Assembly: GCA_001803045.1 (NCBI GenBank)
Contig: MHAR01000090.1
Coordinates: 3,498-67,497 of the forward strand
Direction of reading: 5' to 3'
Length of the DNA stretch: 64,000 nucleotides
Source of the DNA: Ignavibacteria bacterium RIFOXYB12_FULL_35_14
Lineage (GTDB): Bacteria > Bacteroidota > Ignavibacteria > Ignavibacteriales > Ignavibacteriaceae
Shown here piece after piece: positions 9,955 through 19,659 of this stretch. The position numbers and the translations under genes were made by a program. The notes below the pieces were generated by a model that made no database searches, had not been told where the DNA came from, and saw only the letters and a list, made by a program, of their open reading frames with translations. Positions within the stretch are counted from its first letter, which is position 1, and every line of letters starts with the position of its first letter.

Positions 9955-10871
9955 AAGCTAAACTGCTCTTCTATTGGAAACCGCTTGCAGCAGTTGTGGT
10001 TTGGGGAGTCTCATTCATTGCTACTAAAATTGCTCTTGAAGAAATTGCTCCGCTGTCAATCATATTCTTACGGTTAATTCTCGCTTCAATATTTTTAGTT
10101 GTACTCGCAGTTTATTCAAATAAAAAGTTTACCATAAGCTGGAAGAATCATGGCAGCATTTTCATTCTTGCACTAATTGCAGCATTTCATCTTTGGATAC
10201 AAGTAACCGGAATGCAGTATACTACTGCGGCAAATACTGGTTGGATAATCGGAACAGCGCCGATCTTTATGGCAATTGTCGGTTTTGTTGTCTTCAAAGA
10301 ATCTCTTTCACCAATTCGAATCTTCGGAATTCTTCTTGCGTTCTTTGGTTTGTTAACGCTTATGAGTAAAGGAGATTTTTCATCAATTGATTTCCTTTCT
10401 AACCAGGGTGATTTCCTGATTCTTGCAAGCGCATTTACCTGGAGCATTTACTCTGCAGTAAATAAAAAAATATCCTTAAGTTACTCTCCGCTGCTTACAG
10501 TTCTGTTTCTTTTTGTGATGATGGCAATAATAATCTCGCCATTCTCAATTCACGCTAAGGCAGTTCAATCAGTAATTGTATTATCGTCTAAAGGATGGAT
10601 TGCAATTTTATTTTTGGGAATATTCTGCTCGGGAATTGCATATGTGCTGTGGGCTCAAGCTCTAAAAGAAATGGATTCGGTGAAAGTTGGTGCCTTTCTT
10701 TACTCTGAACCTTTTGTCACTGTTTTTGCTGCATGGATTCTGCTTAAAGAAGAAATAACTTTTATGATGATTTTGAGTGGAATTATAATTTCAATTGGAG
10801 TATTGCTTGTAAATTTTAACGTTCGCAATCTTTTTCGTGATTTATTTCACACGCTTAAATCATCAGAATAA
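9951..10871 (+). CDS. EamA/DMT superfamily transporter
   Basis: About 10 TM helices in an EamA repeat layout. It overlaps the stop of the upstream gene by 4 nt. Confidence 0.8.
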   Translation: MKAKLLFYWKPLAAVVVWGVSFIATKIALEEIAPLSIIFLRLILASIFLVVLAVYSNKKFTISWKNHGSIFILALIAAFHLWIQVTGMQYTTAANTGWIIGTAPIFMAIVGFVVFKESLSPIRIFGILLAFFGLLTLMSKGDFSSIDFLSNQGDFLILASAFTWSIYSAVNKKISLSYSPLLTVLFLFVMMAIIISPFSIHAKAVQSVIVLSSKGWIAILFLGIFCSGIAYVLWAQALKEMDSVKVGAFLYSEPFVTVFAAWILLKEEITFMMILSGIIISIGVLLVNFNVRNLFRDLFHTLKSSE

Positions 10872-10971
10872 GTTTTCCCAAGAAAAATCTTGCTTATATA
10901 GCTTGCAATACTTAGTTTATTCGGCGTGGGTATTTTCTAATTCACTTTTTTCAATAATATAAGAGGTTCAC

Positions 10972-11397
10972 ATGAACACAAAAAAATTTCTTACTGCGTT
11001 TGTCGTCGTGTTTGTTCTTCTTGAAATCACCAATTATCTAATACATGGAGTGATTCTTAGCTCTACATATGCCGAAGAGGGAGTTAAGCAGATATTCCGG
11101 CCCGTGGAAGAAATGCAGAGCAAAATGTGGATTGTCTGGCTTACCGATCTTGTTTGGGCGTTTTTCTTCACATTTATTTTTGTTAAAGGGTATGAGAATA
11201 AAGGCATAATTGAAGGAGTAAAATACGGAGTCTATATCGGTTTGTTTTATAGTTTAGTAATGTCATATCAAGGTTATGCGATGTTCCCAATGCCGTATTC
11301 TCTAGCGCTTTTATGGTTCATAATCGGTTTTGTCCAAAGCATTGTCTTTGGGGTTGCAGCGGCAATGATTTATAAGCCGAAAGAGGCTGCAGTTTAG
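10972..11397 (+). CDS. small integral membrane protein, unknown function
   Basis: Four hydrophobic segments. No motif recognised. Confidence 0.45.
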   Translation: MNTKKFLTAFVVVFVLLEITNYLIHGVILSSTYAEEGVKQIFRPVEEMQSKMWIVWLTDLVWAFFFTFIFVKGYENKGIIEGVKYGVYIGLFYSLVMSYQGYAMFPMPYSLALLWFIIGFVQSIVFGVAAAMIYKPKEAAV

Positions 11398-11406
11398 TTT
11401 TGATAG

Positions 11407-11435
11407 GTGAGACTCACTTTTAAAGTGAGTCTCAC
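11407..11435. terminator. perfect palindrome between convergent genes (bidirectional terminator candidate)
   Basis: gtgagactcactt/aagtgagtctcac forms a 13-bp stem, located between the stop at 11397 (+) and the glgA stop at 11445 (-). Confidence 0.7.
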
Positions 11436-11444
11436 TTATGTTTC

Positions 11445-12911
11445 CTATCTTCTTTTCTTAATTGCTTTTTCGTAGAGAGAAATATATTCTTTAGCAGAGT
11501 TTCGCCACGAGTAATCCCTGTTCATTCCATTAAGCTGGATTTTTTTCCAGGCATCTTTATGATGAAACGCGTTTACTGCTCGCTGCACAGTTAAAAACAA
11601 TGCATAGCTTGTGTAATCATTAAAAGAAAATCCGTTACCTGTTTCATAACCATGATAATTCAGCTCATCCCAATCTTGAACTGTGTCTGCAAGCCCTCCG
11701 GTTTTTCTAACAACCGGCACTGTTCCATATTTCATACTGTAGATTTGGTTCAATCCACAAGGTTCATACCTTGATGGCATTAGAAAAATATCTGAAGCTG
11801 CTTCAATTAAATGAGAGAGTTCGTTATTAAAGCCAATGTATGTTGATACTTTGTCAGGAAGGATATGAGAGATGTGCCTGAACATTTCTTCATATCTATC
11901 CTCACCGCTTCCAAGAATTACCCATTGAGCATCAAGCTGCATTAAATCCTGCAATGCACCGGCAAAAATATCAAAGCCCTTTTGATTAACCATTCTGGAT
12001 ACTATTCCAATTAAGGGAACATTTTCATTAAATGGAATACCAAAATGTTCTAATAAAAATTTTTTATTCTTATGCTTGCCGAGTAAATTTTCCTTCGAAT
12101 ACCGGAACGGAAGATGTTTGTCTGTTGCGGGATTCCATGTAGTGTAATCAACGCCGTTAAGAATTCCGAAAAGATCATCTTTCCTTTTTGATAGCACACT
12201 GTGGAGTCCTGCGCCGTATTCGGGAGTTAGAATTTCAGATGCATAGGTTTTGCTTACAGTATTAATCATATCGGAAAAAAAAATTCCCGTTTTTATGAAA
12301 GAAACTGTGTCTTCAAACTCAACAGGTCCGCCGGGATAAAATAAATTACTGCGTATCTCAGCGCTTAAAAGAGTTGACTTGGAGAATCTTCCCTGATATC
12401 CGATGTTATGAATTGTAAATAGTGATGCTGTGTGATCAAACATTCTATCCCAATTGTAATTATCCTTTATAAAAAGCGGTACAAGTCCGGTTTGCCAATC
12501 GTTGCAGTGAATAACGTCAGGTGCCCATTTTAAACGCTGAAGTGCTTCTATCACACCTTTGCTGAAAAGAATGAATCTTTCGTCTTCATCGTGATCATTA
12601 GTATAAATAAGTCCACGGTGAAAATAATGAGGGCAATCAATAAAGTTTACTTCAACATTTGAACTATTCAAAGTAGTTTGAAGAAGATGAACCGATCGCA
12701 GGTGTCCGGAAATCCGAATAAGCATTTCACCTACGCTCCAATTGTACCGTAAACCGAACTTGCTTTCATCAATGTAGGAATATTTTGGAAGAAATAGTTT
12801 GACTTCACATCCCAGTTCACTAAGTGCTTTAGGAAGAGAGCCGGCAACATCTGCGAGTCCCCCTGTCTTTGCAAATGGAACTGCTTCGGAAGAAAGAATG
12901 GCAATTTTCAT
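11445..12911 (-). CDS. glgA: glycogen synthase (ADP-glucose type)
   Basis: N-terminal SEAVPFAKTGGLADV motif, GT5/GT1 layout, 488 aa. Confidence 0.9.
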   Translation of the reverse strand: MKIAILSSEAVPFAKTGGLADVAGSLPKALSELGCEVKLFLPKYSYIDESKFGLRYNWSVGEMLIRISGHLRSVHLLQTTLNSSNVEVNFIDCPHYFHRGLIYTNDHDEDERFILFSKGVIEALQRLKWAPDVIHCNDWQTGLVPLFIKDNYNWDRMFDHTASLFTIHNIGYQGRFSKSTLLSAEIRSNLFYPGGPVEFEDTVSFIKTGIFFSDMINTVSKTYASEILTPEYGAGLHSVLSKRKDDLFGILNGVDYTTWNPATDKHLPFRYSKENLLGKHKNKKFLLEHFGIPFNENVPLIGIVSRMVNQKGFDIFAGALQDLMQLDAQWVILGSGEDRYEEMFRHISHILPDKVSTYIGFNNELSHLIEAASDIFLMPSRYEPCGLNQIYSMKYGTVPVVRKTGGLADTVQDWDELNYHGYETGNGFSFNDYTSYALFLTVQRAVNAFHHKDAWKKIQLNGMNRDYSWRNSAKEYISLYEKAIKKRR

Positions 12912-13043
12912 TATAATTCATTACAATAATTTGAAGTTGTTCAAACTTAAAAAATATTTTGTTGAATGAGAATGAACAAACTATGTATTCTAAGATTCAC
13001 AACAATGTGGCTAATGCCAAATATTTATCATTACTTCCTTTAT

Positions 13044-13196
13044 GAGGGTGACCAAAAAGTAATATTTATCAATAAATGGAACCACATGGTGGCAGGCCAC
13101 ATGGTGGCAGGCCACATGGTGACAGGCACTGATGATGCTGAGTTTAAATGATTTTCGGAGATTTTTTAACTGAATAATTACTTTTTAGTCACCCTC
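13044..13196. mobile_element. MITE-like element, family X copy 1, with 20-bp terminal inverted repeats
   Basis: The 5' end gagggtgaccaaaaagtaat and 3' end attactttttagtcaccctc are inverted repeats with 1 mismatch. A second copy is at 56153-56303. There is no coding capacity apart from a spurious 61-aa ORF. Confidence 0.65.
13082..13126. repeat. 15-bp tandem repeat x3 inside element X1
   Basis: ccacatggtggcagg ccacatggtggcagg ccacatggtgacagg. Copy X2 has a single related unit (ctacacagcggcagg). Confidence 0.9.
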
Positions 13197-13228
13197 CAAT
13201 AGAAAAATTATATTAAAGATTATAATTG

Positions 13229-13369
13229 CAGTTCACTTTAGGGAGTGTTGCATAAGTTTTAAATGTCATGCTGAATTAATTTCAGCATCTAAATTTTTAC
13301 TATAATAAGACCCCGAAACAAGTTCGGGGTGACAAATTCGAGTTACGCAACACTCCCTTTAGTGAACTG
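13229..13369. repeat. structured repeat family Y copy 1 (long stem enclosing two hairpins)
   Basis: The 5' arm cagttcactttagggagtgttgcataa pairs with the 3' arm ttacgcaacactccctttagtgaactg. Internal hairpins are atgctgaattaatttcagcat and ccccgaaacaagttcgggg. A near-identical copy is at 31310-31450. Confidence 0.7.
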
Positions 13370-13981
13370 TTTTAAAAGCCTGAATTACTATTCGGCTTTA
13401 GCCACATGATATACTCGTTTTCATTTCCTTATGAGCGCCATATTTTTTATCCTTTTACAGAGAATTCTGTTTGATAAACCATTTTAATAGTATATAAAAG
13501 AGCTTTATCATGAAAAATATACTGATTGATAATAAAGTAATAAGCCTTAAACTTGAGGCGCTTACTATAGTTACTAAGTACCTACGTTCATAAATATTGA
13601 GATTTATTGTTTATAGCATGTAAAAGACTAACCATTTATCCTTTCATGGTACGTCAACGTATTCATGAATTAGAATACTAAGATTAATTACTTTGAAATT
13701 GTTGTTCCTACCTTTAACCAAAAAACACCCGAATATTTTCTTGGATCATTCCAATTTTTCGATGTTAATTCCAAAACCCTATCAATTTTTTCTTAACCTT
13801 TGTAACAATCCAACATGAATTGGCTTGGGCTTATTACCATACCGGATAGATATTAAGCTTATAATTTATGTTTGCACTTATCTTCGCGTTATGTTATGCA
13901 ATTATAAAGAAAAAATGTATTTCCAATTATTCTCTAAAATCTTTATGTTAAAATCTGGATTAATAACTTACTGAAGGAATT

Positions 13982-14779
13982 ATGGAGATAAGCAGAACCG
14001 ATCTTTCAATCTTTACAGAAGGTAATCTCAATAACAAACCAATAGTTTTCGTGCATGGGTTTCCTTATGATCATACAATGTGGGATAAGCAAATTGATGA
14101 GCTGAAATCAATTTATTATTGTGTTGCTTATGACATCAGAGGGTTGGGCCAATCCCCCATTGGTGATGGACAATATACCATAGAATCATTTGTTGACGAT
14201 CTGGAAACAATAGTAAGCGAGTTGGAGCTTGATAAGCCAATATTGTGTTCGTTCTCAATGGGAGGATATATTTCTCTACGTGCGGTTGAAAGAAATGAAT
14301 CAAACTACAGTGGATTGATTTTGTGTGATACGCGTTCCTCGGCAGATTCCGATGAAGGTAAAATAAAAAGAGCAGAGGGAATAAAGAAAATAAATACCTT
14401 TGGAGTGAAACAGTTTGTAAATGATTTTGTTCCGCTTTGTTTTGCCTTTAAATCAATAACCGATTCAAACGAAGAATATTCTCTTGTATTAAAAAAGTCG
14501 CTAAGCTCGAATGCGCTTGGAGTAAAAGGATGTATCCTTGCTATGGCAGGAAGAACAGACACCACTTCTCATCTGTCTAAGATAAAAATTCCAACATTAC
14601 TTTTATGCGGAGAAGACGACCACTTAACTCCTCCCGATGTTATGGAGCTGATGGCAGAACAAATTCCAGGTTCGCAGTTTGAAATTGTACCCGGGGCAGG
14701 ACACATAGCGCCATTTGAAAATGCGGCTTTTGTGAATAATAGAATTAAAAAATTTTTAGGAAGAATTTCATGGGTATGA
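13982..14779 (+). CDS. alpha/beta-fold hydrolase
   Basis: HGFP oxyanion region, nucleophile elbow FSMGG, C-terminal GAGH. Confidence 0.8.
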   Translation: MEISRTDLSIFTEGNLNNKPIVFVHGFPYDHTMWDKQIDELKSIYYCVAYDIRGLGQSPIGDGQYTIESFVDDLETIVSELELDKPILCSFSMGGYISLRAVERNESNYSGLILCDTRSSADSDEGKIKRAEGIKKINTFGVKQFVNDFVPLCFAFKSITDSNEEYSLVLKKSLSSNALGVKGCILAMAGRTDTTSHLSKIKIPTLLLCGEDDHLTPPDVMELMAEQIPGSQFEIVPGAGHIAPFENAAFVNNRIKKFLGRISWV

Positions 14780-14880
14780 TTATTTGTATCAAATTTCTTT
14801 CTACTTTATTGCAATTATTTCAAATTAATGTATTAGTTTATTATCCAAATTAATATTTATATCAAAGGACTATAGATTTG

Positions 14881-16701
14881 ATGCACAAGTTTCACATCCC
14901 AGTTATGGGGCTTGGGTTTACAATCGACACACCGGTTAAAGTAGCACCTTACGGAATTTCTTCCGTTATTTCAATTGTTGACGATGGTTTGATTGAAAAG
15001 ATGAGGGAGTATTACAGCCGGAAAATCGGTATTCCATATTCTGTTATTTCTGAAAAGGTGAAAGATTATAGAGCTGAGCGGATTACAAATTATCTCAACT
15101 TAATTGATCAACTTGTGAGCGAGAAATTTGCGGAAGTAAAAAATTCTATCCATGAAAAAGGCGAAGAGATTCATAAATACATCGAAATGCTGCCCGATGT
15201 TTCGGAGATTAAGAAAAAATTTTATGAGTTAATCGAAAGCGGAAGCGCGGTTAAAAAGGATATACAAAAATGGATTCATGATAATATTCGTGCCGGCAGT
15301 ATCGATGTAAACATCATGACAAAGGTTGATTCGGAAAATTACAGCGGAGATGAAAAACTTCCCGTCGAGTTTAATGATGCACACGCTGCTTTGAGAGGAT
15401 TTGCAAATAGTAAGTTGAATTCATCCCTTGTATTGTCTGCGGGAATGAATCCGAGACTCTACGGCTATCTTGAAAAATTTGATGATTTTTATCCTGACGT
15501 CAACGGATTTCTCCGTAAGAAAATTACCTTAAAAGTGAGTGATTACAGATCTGCAATTATTCAAGGAAAATTTTTAGCCAAGAAAGGTTTGTGGGTTTCT
15601 GAATATAGGATTGAGTCTGGACTTAATTGCGGCGGACATCTTTTTGCAACCGATGGTTTTTTGATGGGACCTATTCTCGAGGAGTTTAAGAACAAACGGG
15701 ATGAATTGATCAACACTACGCATGAAATTTATATCGGGGCATTAAGAAATAAAAACCGTTATTATCCATCCTCGCCGTTTAATATAAAAATCACCGCACA
15801 AGGAGGCATAGGAACTTCTAAAGAACAGGACTTCCTTTTGAATTATTATCAGCTTGATTCGGTTGGCTGGGGGACACCGTTTTTACTGGTTCCTGAGGTT
15901 GTAAATATTGATCCTCAAACAATGGAACTTCTGCGCAATGCAAAGGAATCTGATCTTTATTTGAGCGATATTTCTCCTTTAGGTGTGCCGTTTAATAGTG
16001 TAAAAAACAATTCGCAGGATTTAGAGAAACAGGAATTAATCGATAAAGGAAGACCGGGAAGTTCTTGTCCGAAAAAATTTCTTACTTTTAATACTGAGTT
16101 TACGGAAGATCCTATCTGTTCTGCTTCGCGTCAATATCAGTATCTGAAAATAAAAGAATTAGAAAGCAAGAATTTAAGTGAAGCAGATTATAATCGGGAG
16201 TTTGATAAAGTTGTTGATAAGGCATGTCTCTGCGTTGGTTTGGGAAATTCTGCTATGCTGAAAAATAATTTGGAGATAAAAGGTAACAGCAAAGGAGTTT
16301 CTGTTTGCCCTGGACCGAATATGGCATATTTTGATAAAATATTATCCCTTCGGGAAATGGTAGATCATATTTACGGTAGGAAAAATTTTCTTAGTGCAAA
16401 TGAGCGCCCTAATTTTTTTCTGAAAGAATTGAAACTTTATATTGAATATCTGAAAAAATTAATTGCGGAGAGCGGAACACAAATTTCCGAAAAGCAGATT
16501 AAGTATTATCAAACTTTTCAATCTAATTTGTCAAACGGTATTGAGTATTATAAAAAACTTTATTTGGATTATAAAGAAAAGTACGAACACTTTAAAAGTG
16601 ATTTTCTCCACGAACTAGAACTGCTCCGTAGTGAGTTAAGCAAAGTAATTTTTGAGAAGGAGTTAGAAACGGAGGATAGTTTTATGGAGCATCATAGATA
16701 G
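14881..16701 (+). CDS. conserved hypothetical protein (possible TIM-barrel enzyme)
   Basis: Long clean ORF. The ATG at 14881 is preceded by AAAGGA; the track start at 14878 is a TTG. Segments GLNCGGH, AQGGIGT and GWGTPFLLVPE are reminiscent of FMN/TIM-barrel enzymes, but no family is recognised with certainty. Confidence 0.5.
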   Translation: MHKFHIPVMGLGFTIDTPVKVAPYGISSVISIVDDGLIEKMREYYSRKIGIPYSVISEKVKDYRAERITNYLNLIDQLVSEKFAEVKNSIHEKGEEIHKYIEMLPDVSEIKKKFYELIESGSAVKKDIQKWIHDNIRAGSIDVNIMTKVDSENYSGDEKLPVEFNDAHAALRGFANSKLNSSLVLSAGMNPRLYGYLEKFDDFYPDVNGFLRKKITLKVSDYRSAIIQGKFLAKKGLWVSEYRIESGLNCGGHLFATDGFLMGPILEEFKNKRDELINTTHEIYIGALRNKNRYYPSSPFNIKITAQGGIGTSKEQDFLLNYYQLDSVGWGTPFLLVPEVVNIDPQTMELLRNAKESDLYLSDISPLGVPFNSVKNNSQDLEKQELIDKGRPGSSCPKKFLTFNTEFTEDPICSASRQYQYLKIKELESKNLSEADYNREFDKVVDKACLCVGLGNSAMLKNNLEIKGNSKGVSVCPGPNMAYFDKILSLREMVDHIYGRKNFLSANERPNFFLKELKLYIEYLKKLIAESGTQISEKQIKYYQTFQSNLSNGIEYYKKLYLDYKEKYEHFKSDFLHELELLRSELSKVIFEKELETEDSFMEHHR

Positions 16702-16796
16702 AACAGTAACCACAATTTAAGTCTCAAGTTCTTTTATTTCATATACTGTCTTTAAGTTTCCACAATATTATTAGTCCCAAAATAGGTTTTTGTCTA

Positions 16797-19577
16797 TTAT
16801 TTATCTCGCCATTTCTTTTTCGGTTCTGCAAAGTTAAGCGGTGATGTGTATTGCTTATACAACTCAAAAAGATATTCAAGCCGCTGTAATTCTGTTGTAA
16901 ATATTTCTTTGCGGTAGCATTGATCAACCGCATCGTTAATTTCTTTGTGTGCATTAGTTAAATCTTTAGGCATTGCAACCGGGTCATACAAATCGGCGAG
17001 AGTTGCTCCTTTTGCAAAGTGTTTTTCTCTAACAGAAAGCATTTCTTTAACTGCTTTTTCAATCCGTGTAATTTGCTTTTCACTTGGATTTTGTGGAAAG
17101 GGGAAGTTGTTGTAAACTAATTTGTTTGAGTATCTATAGTCACTTTTTAATCTTCCGCAAACTTGTCTCATCCATGAGTTGTGCATAAGGGAAGTTAGAA
17201 TTCCGAAGTGGTAATAATTAGCTTTTTCAATTACACTGCATGTGTTGTTAACAATATTATCTTTACTAAAGAAAGACATTGGGATGTATTTTCTATTCTC
17301 AGATGAAGTTAATGGAATAAAAATGAAATTAGATTTTGGTTGTCTTATCTCTCCAAAAAGGTAAGGAATCTCAGCTAATTTAACAGTAGTTTCCCTTTTG
17401 CTGCTCAAACGATATTTCTTAACGTTTTCAACTCTCATTGCAATTTCTGGTAATGCTCTAATTTCAGTCGGAGAGACATCTTCTAACCAAAGGCACCACC
17501 TTGTTTCACCCTTAAGATATTCCTTAGCGCTAATTAGAGGTTTAACATATTTCTTTGCTTTTGGTTCTCTTTTGAGGAACTCTTCTTTTTCCTCATCTGT
17601 AAATAGAAAATTACCATCATCATTCGGCATGCTTCCAAATGAAATTGAAGGAACATGCGAAATCGGTTCGTTTCTATTTTCAATTATAAGATCCTGAGTA
17701 TCAATTAGGTAAGGATTTATATTCTTTGCTTTGATTAAATGCGGTTCGGATTTTGGGGTTTCATAATCGTAGATAAATTTTTCACTCACATCGTAATTTA
17801 AAAAACCAATAATAACACAGTAAACAGCGGCTTGTCCTCGTGCTTCATTACTCCATTTAAAAGTTCTGTGCGCAAAATGAATTTTGATATTTTGTTTAAG
17901 AAGATAATTCCATAAAACGCCGACTTGCTCGCCCTGTGTAATTGAATTTGTAGAAACAAACGCCACTTTTGTAGAGACATGCCATGGCATGTCTCTACGT
18001 TGGGTATCATTTAAATATTGAGAAGTTTTAACGTACCAAGAACAAACATAATCCAACAAACCGTAATTCTTAATGGAACTGCAAACCAAATCCATATCAT
18101 CGTTTTGTTCTTTTATTCGATTAGCTTTAGAAACAAATGGTGGATTGCCTAAAATAAAATCAAATCCAGATGATGACAGTTTGGCCCAATCAATCCTTAA
18201 TGCGTTGCTATGGATAATATTGGGAGATTTTTTTAATGGCAATCGGCGGTAATACTGCCCGAACTCTTCTGATAATTTTGTGTTACAAAGATGATCACTC
18301 AAATAGAGGGCAACTTCAGCGATGCGAGCAGGAAATTCTTCATATTCAATTCCGTACATGCAATCAACATCTATTTTAGAAAGTAATTCGACGTTAAGTT
18401 CAAGCTGCTGAGTTTTTTTGAGCTTTAATATCTGCTTGAGAACTTCAATTTCAAGAAGTCGAATTTCACGGTAAGTAATAACAAGAAAATTTCCACAACC
18501 GCAGGCAGGATCAAAAAATTTGAGATGGGCAATTTTTTCATGAAATGCTTCCAGTTTTCTAAGATTGTTTTTGCAACTTTCAAATTCTTTATAAAGCTCA
18601 TCAAGAAACAAACCTCTTACAACTTTTAAGATATTTTTTTCAGAAGTATAATGTGCTCCAAGGTTACGGCGTTTTTCTTTATCCATTACAGATTGAAACA
18701 TCGAGCCGAAAATAGCCGGTGATACTTTGCTCCAGTCAAATCCCGCACATGCAAGGAGAATCTTTCTCATTTCACTGTCAAAAGCGGGAACAGAAAATTG
18801 TTCCTCAAAAAGTTTCCCATTTACATAAGGAAATACCGCAAGATCTTCATCCAGATTATTAAGCCTGAGATTTTCTTCTGTATTAAGCACTTGAAAGATC
18901 ATGGCGATATGCATTCCAACATCTGAACCATCTTCGTTAGTTTTCTTTTCAATGTAAAAGTTGAAATGATCTTTAGTGAAAATTCCCGTATCATCAGCAA
19001 AAAGGCAGAATAACAATCGAACAAGAAAAACCTCCAGTTTGTGACCAGTATAGCCAGTGCTAAGCAAAGCATCGTGAAGTTTGCCCATCATTTCGGCAGC
19101 TTTAATATTTACAGGGTCTTCGTCTTTATAAACTTTCTTTTGGTAACCAAGAATGAATCCGAAACGATGAATGTTTTTAGGTAATTCGTTAAGTGTGAAT
19201 TCATGAAAAGTATCTCCTTCAATATCGTAAAGCCGGAATCGTGAGAAGTCAGATACAATAACATACTTTGGTAGTTCTTCTTCATCCAATCCGTTGAAAT
19301 AAGCAAGAGCTTGACTGTAAGCTTTGTCTAAACTTTTGCCTTTAGATTTATGCTCAACAATTAAATTACTTTTCCAGAAAAGGTCTATGAAGCCATATTC
19401 TTTATCAAGCAGCTTGACGGGTTCTTCGAAAGAGGCAATTCGGCGGCGTGTAATTCCGAAAATATTAAAGAACGAATCCCAGAAAGTTTTTGCTTCAGCG
19501 TGTTCTCGCTCTTCACCTTCAAATTCTTTTACAAATTCGATTGAGCGTTTTTTAATTTCGTTCCAGCTAAGAGCCAT
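16797..19577 (-). CDS. MmeI-family type IIL/IIG restriction-modification enzyme (endonuclease + N6-adenine methyltransferase + specificity domain in one chain)
   Basis: The N-terminus MALSWNEIKK...GFIDLFWKSNLIVEHK carries a D-X9-E-X-K nuclease motif. Other matches are LVRLLFCLFADDTGIF, SAM motif I FFDPACGCGNFLV, motif IV NPPF and FVSTNSITQGEQV. It appears collinear with MmeI as I recall that sequence. Confidence 0.9.
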   Translation of the reverse strand: MALSWNEIKKRSIEFVKEFEGEEREHAEAKTFWDSFFNIFGITRRRIASFEEPVKLLDKEYGFIDLFWKSNLIVEHKSKGKSLDKAYSQALAYFNGLDEEELPKYVIVSDFSRFRLYDIEGDTFHEFTLNELPKNIHRFGFILGYQKKVYKDEDPVNIKAAEMMGKLHDALLSTGYTGHKLEVFLVRLLFCLFADDTGIFTKDHFNFYIEKKTNEDGSDVGMHIAMIFQVLNTEENLRLNNLDEDLAVFPYVNGKLFEEQFSVPAFDSEMRKILLACAGFDWSKVSPAIFGSMFQSVMDKEKRRNLGAHYTSEKNILKVVRGLFLDELYKEFESCKNNLRKLEAFHEKIAHLKFFDPACGCGNFLVITYREIRLLEIEVLKQILKLKKTQQLELNVELLSKIDVDCMYGIEYEEFPARIAEVALYLSDHLCNTKLSEEFGQYYRRLPLKKSPNIIHSNALRIDWAKLSSSGFDFILGNPPFVSKANRIKEQNDDMDLVCSSIKNYGLLDYVCSWYVKTSQYLNDTQRRDMPWHVSTKVAFVSTNSITQGEQVGVLWNYLLKQNIKIHFAHRTFKWSNEARGQAAVYCVIIGFLNYDVSEKFIYDYETPKSEPHLIKAKNINPYLIDTQDLIIENRNEPISHVPSISFGSMPNDDGNFLFTDEEKEEFLKREPKAKKYVKPLISAKEYLKGETRWCLWLEDVSPTEIRALPEIAMRVENVKKYRLSSKRETTVKLAEIPYLFGEIRQPKSNFIFIPLTSSENRKYIPMSFFSKDNIVNNTCSVIEKANYYHFGILTSLMHNSWMRQVCGRLKSDYRYSNKLVYNNFPFPQNPSEKQITRIEKAVKEMLSVREKHFAKGATLADLYDPVAMPKDLTNAHKEINDAVDQCYRKEIFTTELQRLEYLFELYKQYTSPLNFAEPKKKWRDK

Positions 19578-19659
19578 AAAAGTAGTTATTGTTTTATTGA
19601 AAAATAAAGTAAAGAGGTGTTAAATGGAAACAACATTTCAGTTACAGTATGTTTTAATT

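Noticed and set aside
13082-13126. The direct repeats ccacatggtggcagg x3 looked briefly like a tiny CRISPR-like array.
   Set aside because: The units are contiguous 15-mers with no spacers and no cas genes nearby. This is a minisatellite inside MITE-like element X1.
12966-13151. 61-aa track ORF (MRMNKLCIL...HMVAGHMVAGHMVTG...).
   Set aside because: It lies across the MITE-like element and its tandem repeat. It has no SD and a repeat-derived peptide, so it is almost certainly non-coding.
17398-17697. Antisense or embedded ORFs inside long genes. Examples are 17398-17697, 19324-19623, 5269-5619, 32595-32918, 45329-45640 and 60547-60987.
   Set aside because: Each lies fully inside a well-supported gene on the opposite strand or in another frame, with low-complexity or biased composition. 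These are typical shadow ORFs of an AT-rich genome.
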